In this document: positions 8,518 through 15,095 of the stretch, piece by piece | How positions within the stretch are numbered: the stretch's first letter is position 1 | Layout of the letters: each line of letters starts with the position of its first letter | Origin: Candidatus Methylomirabilota bacterium | GTDB taxonomy: Bacteria; Methylomirabilota; Methylomirabilia; Rokubacteriales; CSP1-6 | Assembly: GCA_046726415.1 (NCBI GenBank) | Contig: JBKPAK010000334.1 | Coordinates: forward strand, 1 to 15,095 | DNA: 15,095 nt | Reading direction: 5' to 3' | Position numbers and translations under genes: made by a program | Notes under the pieces: generated by a model | Told to the model about the DNA's origin: nothing | What the model saw: the letters and a program-made list of their open reading frames with translations, nothing else | Database searches by the model: none

Positions 8518-8546
8518 ATTACAAAGTGGTCATACCGCATTGTCAA
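8518..8546 (-). promoter_or_regulatory. Sigma70-type promoter of the liv-type operon
   Basis: The minus strand reads TTGACA (8546-8541), a 17-nt spacer, then TGTAAT (8523-8518), about 40 nt upstream of the ATG at 8476. It is an AT-rich island in a GC-rich window. Confidence 0.8.
8521..8543. promoter_or_regulatory. Palindromic operator overlapping the liv promoter, GntR/FadR-subfamily-like (TGGT-N3-ACC)
   Basis: ACAAAGTGGTCATACCGCATTGT has dyad symmetry about 8532, with 8 of 11 positions paired (ACAA/TTGT, G/C, GGT/ACC). Confidence 0.6.
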
Positions 8547-8921
8547 GCGGCGACGGCCGGCGATCCATCAGGAGGGGAAATCCGGTCCCAGAAGCCTCCG
8601 CAGAGTGGAAACGGCCGCTCGGGCGCCAGCGCGGTCCGACCATGGTTCTCCGCCGCCGGCGATACATGATTGCGCGGCGAGGGCCTCGCCATGTATCTTC
8701 CAAGGCGCACGCGGGCACGAACGAGCCCTTCGTCTCGAGGAATCGATCGTCTATCGGGTTGATCGGACGAAGCGGCGCCACTGGCGGCGCCGCACAGGGG
8801 CAGCCGATGAGGCAGTCGAAGTCCCGCCCTAACAGATCACCTCCTGCTCCGCCGCACATTCAGCTCGGTCCCTCCATTGACTCGATGTCAGATCGCTCCA
8901 GAACGCGGAGAGGAGGGCCCC

Positions 8922-10571
8922 GTGGATTCACGCCATCGGAAGCTGCCCCAGAGGTTGCCACGTCGCGACCTCTTGAAAGCTGGTGTCGCCGCCGGCGCGA
9001 TGCTGTCGGCCGAACCCGTCCTTGGGCCACGCATGGGCTGGGCCCAGCAGCCCAAGCGCGGTGGAACTCTCCGCGCGTGGGGCTACGATCCGCCCCACTT
9101 CGACCCTCATCTCATCCTGGGCGGCAAGACGCACAACACGCTGAGCTTCGTTTACAGCAGGCTCCTGCGCCACAAGGTCGGCGCCGGGGTGCCGCCGGGG
9201 ACCTTCACCATCGAACCCGACCTGGCCGAACGCTGGGACGAGCCGGATGAGACGACCTACGTCTTCCACCTGCGCAAAGGCGTCCGCTGGCACAACAAGC
9301 CGCCCGTCAACGGGCGCGAGCTGACCGCCGAGGACGTCAAGTTCACGTACGACCGCTTCCTGACGGAGAAGGGCAATCCCCTCCGATACGTGCTCGATCC
9401 CGTCGATCGGGTCGAGGTCGTGGACCGCTACACGGTGAGGTTCCGCCTCAAGGAGCCATTCGTCTGGTTGCCCAACATGCTCGCCAACCCGCTGAGCACC
9501 TGGATCGTGGCCCGCGAGGTGGTCGAGAAGTACGGAGATCTCAAGAAGGCGGAAACGGCGGTCGGTACCGGCCCTTTCACCCTGGAGCGTTACGAGCCGA
9601 ACGTGAAAACCGTCTTCCGGCGCCACCCCGACTACTTCAGATCGGGCCAGCCCTCGGTCGACGGGGTCGAGTGGGTGGTCATGGACGATGCGGTCTCCGC
9701 GCTGGCCGCGTACCGCGCGGGCAAGCTCGATGGAGGCCCCTGGCACTGGTGGTCCGTTCGCCAACAAGATGTGGCCGCGATGAAGAAGAGCCATCCCCAC
9801 CTGGTTTACCGGGACTTCCTGTCCACCGTGACCCACCGGATCTGGATGCGGACCGACAAGCCTCCCTTCAACGACGTGCGCGTCCGTCGCGCGATCTCCC
9901 ACGCCGTCGATCGTCAGTCCGTCATCGAGGCCGTCTTCCTCAAGGGGGAGCCGAGTCCCGCGATCTCCCGGGGGCTGCCCGAGTGGTCGCTGCGCGTCGA
10001 TCAGCTCGGTCCGGGAGCCAAGTACTATCGGCACGATCCGAAAGAGGCCCGGCGGCTCCTGGCCGAGGCCGGCTTCCCCCAGGGATTGAAGACCCAGCTG
10101 AGCGGAACCTCCGGCCTCGGCATCGACCTCGTCGACGCCTTGCAGCTCGTCCAGCGGCAGCTCAAGGAGAGCAGCATCGAGGCGGAGCTAAAGCTCCAGG
10201 AATACGGCGCCTACATGTCGACGACGACCCAGGGAAAGTTCGAGGGCATGGCCATGGGCCCGTTCGCGATCTCCTGGGAACCGCACAGCCCTCTCTACGG
10301 GATGTACTTGCCCGAGCAACCGCGCAACAGCAGCCACGTCAATGATCCCAAGCTGACGGGGATGCTGAAGGAGCAGATGCGCATCAGGGAGCTGGAAGCC
10401 CGGCGAAAGCTCATCTTCGACATCCAGCGGTATGCCGCCGAGCAGCAGTACTACGTCGATCTCTACTCTGTCGGCATCACGGGATCCTGGCAGCCCTACG
10501 TGAAGAACTACGCGCCGAACCCGAGCTTCGACTACGGCGGCCGCGCCGCTGCGCTCTGGCTCGACAGGTAG
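8922..10571 (+). CDS. Family-5 (Dpp/Opp/Nik-type) ABC transporter substrate-binding protein with Tat signal, paralogue 1 (549 aa)
   Basis: GTG at 8922 follows an AGGAGG RBS. It has a twin-arginine motif PRRDLLK, PKRGGTLR, EPDLAERW, FHLRKGVRWHN, ELTAEDVKFT, VGTGPF, PFNDVRVRRAIS and DPKEARRLLAEAG. Confidence 0.93.
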   Translation: MDSRHRKLPQRLPRRDLLKAGVAAGAMLSAEPVLGPRMGWAQQPKRGGTLRAWGYDPPHFDPHLILGGKTHNTLSFVYSRLLRHKVGAGVPPGTFTIEPDLAERWDEPDETTYVFHLRKGVRWHNKPPVNGRELTAEDVKFTYDRFLTEKGNPLRYVLDPVDRVEVVDRYTVRFRLKEPFVWLPNMLANPLSTWIVAREVVEKYGDLKKAETAVGTGPFTLERYEPNVKTVFRRHPDYFRSGQPSVDGVEWVVMDDAVSALAAYRAGKLDGGPWHWWSVRQQDVAAMKKSHPHLVYRDFLSTVTHRIWMRTDKPPFNDVRVRRAISHAVDRQSVIEAVFLKGEPSPAISRGLPEWSLRVDQLGPGAKYYRHDPKEARRLLAEAGFPQGLKTQLSGTSGLGIDLVDALQLVQRQLKESSIEAELKLQEYGAYMSTTTQGKFEGMAMGPFAISWEPHSPLYGMYLPEQPRNSSHVNDPKLTGMLKEQMRIRELEARRKLIFDIQRYAAEQQYYVDLYSVGITGSWQPYVKNYAPNPSFDYGGRAAALWLDR

Positions 10572-10671
10572 ATGGGGGGCGCCAACATGGCCCCCCACAC
10601 CCCCAACGCCCGGGGCGCCCCGGCCAAGCCGTGACGCCCCTCGATGCCGCACCAGCACATAGGAGGCGCCG
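10572..10671 (+). repeat. Structured intergenic repeat, copy 1 (two GC-rich hairpins followed by an RBS; REP-like)
   Basis: Hairpin 1 is TGGGGGGC (10573-80) / GCCCCCCA (10590-97). Hairpin 2 is GGGGCG..CGGC-caa-GCCG..CGCCCC (10612-40). Positions 10611-10650 are identical to 12360-12399. Confidence 0.85.
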
Positions 10672-12320
10672 ATGGACACAGTTCATCCGAAACGTGCGGG
10701 CCGGTTGACGCGTCGGGATCTCATGAGGGCCGGCCTTTTGCTGCCGGGGCGATGCTGTCGGCCGAGCCCGTCCTGGCGCCACGCCCGCTGCGGGCTCAGC
10801 CCAAGCGCGGGGGCACGCTCCGCGTGCGGGGCTACGATCCGCCCCATTTCGACCCGCACCAGACCCTGAACTTCAAGACCAACAACACGCTGAGCTTCGT
10901 GTACAGCAAACTCGTCCGTCACAAAGTGGGCGCCGGCGTGGCGCCGGGGACCTTCTCCGTCGAGCCAGACCTGGCCGAGCGATGGGAAGAGCCGGACGAC
11001 ACGACCGTGGTCTTCCATCTGCGCAAGGGCGTCCGCTGGCACAACAAGCCGCCTCTCAACGGCCGCGAGCTCACCGCCGAGGACGTCAAGTTCACGTATG
11101 ACCGCTTCCTGACGGAGAAGGCCAACCCTCTCAAATTCATGCTCGATCCCGTGGATCGCGTCGAGGTCGCGGACCGCTACACGGTGAGATTCCGACTCAA
11201 AGAGCCGTTCGTCTGGCTCCTCCACATGCTCGCGAACCCGACCGGCACCTGGATCGTCGCCCGGGAGATGGTGGAGAAGTACGGGGATCTGAAGAGGGCC
11301 GAGACGGCGGTCGGCACCGGCCCGTTCATCCTGGAGCGCTACGAGCCCAACGTGAAGACCGTTTTCCGCCGCAACCCGGACTATTTCCGGCCGGGCCTTC
11401 CCTCGGTCGACGGCGTGGACTGGCTCGTGATGGAGGACGAGGCCGCCCAGCTGGCCGCCTATCGCTCGGGACAGATCGACTGCGGTCCCTGGCACCAGTG
11501 GGCCGTTCGCCAGCAAGACCTGGCCGCGCTCAAGAAGAGCCATCCACAGCTCGCGTACCAGGACTTCCTCTCCAACGTGACGACGGGGATCTACATGCGG
11601 ACTGACAAACCGCCGTTCAACGACGTGCGGGTGCGCCGTGCGATCTCTCATGCCGTCGATCGACGGGCGATCATCGAGGCCGTATTCCTCAGGGGAGAGC
11701 CGACTCCCGCCATCGGCCGGGGCCTGACCGAGTGGTCGCCGCGCATCGACCAGCTCGGCCCGGGCGCCCAGTACTACCGCCACGATCCCAAGGAGGCCCG
11801 CCGGCTCCTGGCCGAGGCGGGCTTCCCCCAGGGCCTGAAGACCACGCTCACCGTCACCGGTGGCTATGGCTCCGATGTGCTCGACTCCTTCCAGCTCGCC
11901 CAGCGCCAGCTCAAGGAGGGCGGCATCGAGGCAGAGCTGAAGGTCCAGGAGTACGGGGCGTACATCGCGACGACCTTCCTGGGAAAGTACGAAGGCATGG
12001 GCCTGGGTCCGTTCAGTATCGCGTGGGAGCCCCACACCGCCCTCTACGGCATGTATACGCCCGAGCAGCCCCGCAACAGCAGCCACATCGCCGACGCCAA
12101 GATCGTGGCCATGCTGAAGGAGCAGATGCGCACCAAGGCTCTGGAGGCGCGCAAGAAGGTCATCTTCGACATCCAGCGCTACGCCGCGGAGCAGCAGTAC
12201 TACGTCTACCTGTACTCCGCGATGTTCACGGGGTCGTGGCACCCGTCCGTGAAGAACTACGCACCGAACCCCAGCTTCGACTACGGCAACCGCGCGGCCG
12301 CGCTCTGGCTCGATCGGTAG
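10672..12320 (+). pseudogene. Family-5 ABC substrate-binding protein, paralogue 2, frameshifted within the Tat signal peptide (pseudogene, recoded gene or sequencing error)
   Basis: AGGAGG RBS plus ATG 10672 gives MDTVHPKRAGRLTRRDLMRAGL (Tat motif). The homologous continuation AAGAMLSAEPVL...WLDR* lies in another frame (ORF 10644-12320). The break is at CTTTT, 10735-10739, and the rest of the gene is intact. Confidence 0.8.
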
Positions 12321-12421
12321 ATGGGGGCCCCGAGATGGCCCCCGATACCTCCCAACGCTCGGGGCGCCCCGGCCAAGCCGTGACGCCCCTCGATGCCGCG
12401 CCAGCGCACAGGAGGGCGTTC
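12321..12421 (+). repeat. Structured intergenic repeat, copy 2
   Basis: Hairpin 1 is GGGGGCC (12323-29) / GGCCCCC (12337-43). The 40-nt core at 12360-12399 is identical to copy 1, and the element ends in the AGGAGG RBS of paralogue 3. Confidence 0.85.
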
Positions 12422-14068
12422 ATGGGCACATCGAATCCGAAGCTCTCGCAGGGGTTGACCCGTCGCGACGTGCTGAAAGCCGGCCTGGCGACCGGGGCGA
12501 CACTGTCGGCCGAGCCCCTCCTGGCGCCCAGGCGGCTCGGGGCGCAGGGCAAGCGCGGAGGAATTCTCCGCGTGCGGGGCTACGATCCGCCGCACTTCGA
12601 TCCCCATCTCGCCCTCAACTTCAAGCAGAGCAACACGCTGAGCTTCGTCTACAACAAGCTCGTGCGCTACAAGGTGGGTCCCGGGGTGCCGCCGGGCGTC
12701 TTCACTGTGGAGCCCGACCTGGCCGAGCGCTGGGAGGAGCCGGACGAGCTGACCTACGTCTTCCACCTGCGCCGAGGCGTTCGCTGGCACAACATGTCGC
12801 CCCTCAACGGGCGCGAGCTGACGGCCGAGGACGTCAAGTTCACCTTCGACCGCTTTCTGACGGATAAGGCGAATCCGCATCGCTACACGTTCGAGCCCGT
12901 CGATCGCGTCGAGGTCGTCGACCGCTACACGGTCCGCTTCCGGCTCAAGGAGCCGTTCGTGTGGCTCCTGCACATGCTGGCCAGCCCGTGGGCGAGCTGG
13001 ATCCTGGCGCGGGAGGTGCTGGACAAGTACGGCGACTTCAAGAGACCCGAGGCGGCCATCGGCACCGGCCCCTTCCTCCTCGTGCGGTACGAGCCCAATG
13101 TGAAGACGGTGTTCCGGCGGAATCCGGACTACTTCCGGACGGGCCTGCCCTTGGTGGACGGCGTGGACTGGCTGGTGATGGAGGACGACGCAGCCGGGCT
13201 CGCCGCCTACCGGACAGGGCAGCTCGACGCCGGCCCCTGGCACTTCTGGACCGTCCGCCAGGCCGATGTCGCGGCGATCAAGAAGAGCCATCCCCAGCTC
13301 GTCTACCAGGATTTCCTGTCCAACGTGACCCAGGTCATCTACATGCGGACCGACAAGCCGCCGTTCAACGACGTGCGCGTGCGCCGCGCGATCTCCCATG
13401 CCATCGACCGGCAGGCGATCATCGACTCCGTCTACCTCAAGGGCGAGCCGACGCCCGCCGTGGCTCGCGGCCTGCCCGAGTGGTCGATTCGCATCGACCA
13501 GCTCGGTCCAGGTGCCCACTACTACCGTCACGATCCGAAAGAGGCCAGGCGGCTCCTGGGCGAGGCCGGCTTCCCTGGCGGCTTGAAGGCGCCGCTGACA
13601 TTCACCGGGGGCTTCGGCAACGACCTCGTCGACGCCGTCCAGCTCGTCCAGCGCCAGTTCAAGCAGAGCGGCATCGACGTCGAACTAAAGCTGCAGGAAT
13701 TTGGCGCTTACGCGTCGACGACGGCGCTGGGTAAGTTCGAGGGCATGGCGATGGGTCCCTTCGGCATCGCCTGGGACCCCCACATCGTCCTCTACGGCAT
13801 GTACATGCCCGAACAGCCCCGGAATGCGAGCCATGTGAATGACCCCAAGCTCAACGGGATGCTCAAGGAGCAGATGCGCATCAAGGATGTCGAGACGCGC
13901 CGAAGGCTCGTCTTCGACATCCAGCGGTATGCGGCCGAGCAGCAGTACTACGTCTACACCAACAACGTCGGCTTCACGGCGTCTTGGCAGCCCTACGTGA
14001 AGAATTACGCCCCGAGCCCGAGCTTCGATTTCGGCAACCGCGCAGCCGCGCTCTGGCTCGATCGGTAG
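12422..14068 (+). CDS. Family-5 ABC transporter substrate-binding protein with Tat signal, paralogue 3 (548 aa)
   Basis: AGGAGG RBS plus ATG 12422, with a TRRDVLK Tat motif. It is collinear with paralogues 1 and 2 through to the shared C-terminus RAAALWLDR*. Confidence 0.93.
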   Translation: MGTSNPKLSQGLTRRDVLKAGLATGATLSAEPLLAPRRLGAQGKRGGILRVRGYDPPHFDPHLALNFKQSNTLSFVYNKLVRYKVGPGVPPGVFTVEPDLAERWEEPDELTYVFHLRRGVRWHNMSPLNGRELTAEDVKFTFDRFLTDKANPHRYTFEPVDRVEVVDRYTVRFRLKEPFVWLLHMLASPWASWILAREVLDKYGDFKRPEAAIGTGPFLLVRYEPNVKTVFRRNPDYFRTGLPLVDGVDWLVMEDDAAGLAAYRTGQLDAGPWHFWTVRQADVAAIKKSHPQLVYQDFLSNVTQVIYMRTDKPPFNDVRVRRAISHAIDRQAIIDSVYLKGEPTPAVARGLPEWSIRIDQLGPGAHYYRHDPKEARRLLGEAGFPGGLKAPLTFTGGFGNDLVDAVQLVQRQFKQSGIDVELKLQEFGAYASTTALGKFEGMAMGPFGIAWDPHIVLYGMYMPEQPRNASHVNDPKLNGMLKEQMRIKDVETRRRLVFDIQRYAAEQQYYVYTNNVGFTASWQPYVKNYAPSPSFDFGNRAAALWLDR

Positions 14069-14088
14069 ACGGCCCCTCATCTGAACGA

Positions 14089-15030
14089 ATGCGCAAGTAC
14101 GTCCTGAGGCGACTGCTGATCGCGACCTCGTCGCTCGTCCTCGCGTCCCTCGTTGTGTTCTCCCTGCCGCGCCTGATCCCGGGCGACGTGGTGCAGCTCA
14201 TGCTCGAGGAGCGGGCCTACGGCAAGGACTTGGAAGACCTCCGGGCCAAGCTGGGGCTCAACCGCCCGATTTACGTCCAATACTTCGAGTGGGCAGGCCG
14301 GGTCGTCCAGGGCAAGCTCGGCGAGTCGCTGTGGACGAAGCGGCCCGTCCTCGAGGAGTTGGGGCGGCGCCTGCCCGTGAGCCTCAAGCTCGGCCTCCTT
14401 GCGCTCCTCTTCTCCGTCTCGATCGCGCTGCCCATCGGCATCCTCGCCGCCATTCGGCAGGACTCCCTCGCCGACTACGTCGCCCGCAGCCTTGCCATCG
14501 TTGGGCTCTCGGTCCCCGGGTTCTGGATCGCCACGATGGTCATCCTTCTGCCGTCGCTCTGGTGGAACTGGAGCCCGCCCATCCAGTTCACCGAGTTCAG
14601 CGTCGATCCGTGGGCGCACGTCTCGCAGTTCATCATCCCCGCCTTCATCCTCGGCATCGCCTCCTCCGCTGCGATCATGCGCTTGACCCGAGCGCAGCTC
14701 CTCGAGGTGCTCCGCCAGGACTACGTGCGCACGGCATGGGCCAAGGGGGTGCGCGAGAGCGCCGTCGTGCTCAAGCACAGCCTCAAGAACGCTCTGATCC
14801 CGGTCATCACCGTCCTCGGCATTCAGATCGCACAGATCCTCGGCGGGACGGTGATCTTCGAGACGATCTTCGGGCTGCCCGGCATGGGGCGCTTTCTCTT
14901 CGACGCCATCAACCAGCGCGACTATCCGGTTATCCAGGGCGTCAATCTCGTGATCGTCTCCGTGGTAGTCCTGATGAACCTCGCGGTGGACGCATGCTAC
15001 GCGTACCTCGACCCGCGGATCCGCTACTGA
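14089..15030 (+). CDS. dppB: Peptide/nickel-type ABC transporter permease (DppB/OppB family), 313 aa
   Basis: MRKYVLRRLL start, LIPGDVV, LGLNRPIYVQY, GKLGESL, the EAA region QDYVRTAWAKG, VIFETIFGLPGMG, QRDYPVIQG and LDPRI. The symbol is family-level only. Confidence 0.93.
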   Translation: MRKYVLRRLLIATSSLVLASLVVFSLPRLIPGDVVQLMLEERAYGKDLEDLRAKLGLNRPIYVQYFEWAGRVVQGKLGESLWTKRPVLEELGRRLPVSLKLGLLALLFSVSIALPIGILAAIRQDSLADYVARSLAIVGLSVPGFWIATMVILLPSLWWNWSPPIQFTEFSVDPWAHVSQFIIPAFILGIASSAAIMRLTRAQLLEVLRQDYVRTAWAKGVRESAVVLKHSLKNALIPVITVLGIQIAQILGGTVIFETIFGLPGMGRFLFDAINQRDYPVIQGVNLVIVSVVVLMNLAVDACYAYLDPRIRY

Positions 15031-15034
15031 CGCC

Positions 15035-15095
15035 ATGGCGAATCACGTCGAGACCCTGGCCACGCCCTCGACCCAGGCGGACGTGCCGCGCCCGG
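15035..15095 (+). CDS. Probable 5' end of the second permease (DppC/OppC family), truncated by the window edge
   Basis: ATG 4 nt after the dppB stop, with the frame open to the edge (MANHVETLATPSTQADVPRP). The identity is inferred from operon order only. Confidence 0.5.
   Translation, partial: MANHVETLATPSTQADVPRP

Noticed and set aside
8800..8825. Hammerhead-like CCGATGA...GAAG
   Set aside because: The core deviates from CUGAUGA/GAAA and stem II cannot form.
8835..8845. GATCACCTCCT as a 16S rRNA gene end
   Set aside because: The flanking sequence shows no rRNA similarity and the match is only 11 nt. I treated it as a possible anti-SD instead.
8530..8859. 109-aa minus-strand ORF with an internal AGGAGGTGATC
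   Set aside because: No standard start codon is properly spaced after the SD, the composition is not gene-like, and it runs into the liv promoter.
10644..10740. ORF-track start MPHQHIGG for paralogue 2
   Set aside because: It lies inside the repeat, has no RBS and is not homologous to the other paralogues. The true N-terminus is in another frame from 10672.
11732..12421. 230-aa N-terminal extension of the 778-aa ORF
   Set aside because: It is an off-frame read through paralogue 2 and the repeat. The real start is ATG 12422, with an RBS and Tat motif.
10572..12421. Repeats as a CRISPR array, integron attC sites or IS ends
   Set aside because: There are only two copies, separated by a whole paralogous gene. 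No GTTRRRY/RYYYAAC ends are present, and there is no cas, integrase or transposase gene in the window.

Overview
This is a very GC-rich bacterial window with two divergent blocks separated by a 445-bp intergenic region (8477-8921). On the minus strand, reading right to left, lies a complete branched-chain-amino-acid-type (HAAT/Liv) ABC transporter (binding protein, livG, livF, livH, livM). It is followed by a class I SAM methyltransferase, an MDR-family oxidoreductase, an LpxL/LPLAT-type acyltransferase and a translationally coupled, stand-alone PKS-like C-methyltransferase that runs off the left edge and is absent from the ORF track. The last two genes may mark the edge of a lipid/polyketide tailoring cluster. 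On the plus strand are three tandem, closely paralogous Tat-exported family-5 (Dpp/Opp/Nik-type) solute-binding protein genes. They are separated by two copies of a ~100-nt structured repeat and followed by a DppB-type permease and the start of a probable DppC. The middle paralogue has a frameshift that disconnects its Tat signal peptide from the rest of the gene. Non-coding signals include a near-consensus sigma70 promoter overlapped by a GntR/FadR-like palindrome, and an anti-Shine-Dalgarno helix that could sequester the first SBP's ribosome-binding site. The gene content and repeat style remind me of Candidatus Rokubacteria, but that is inference only.
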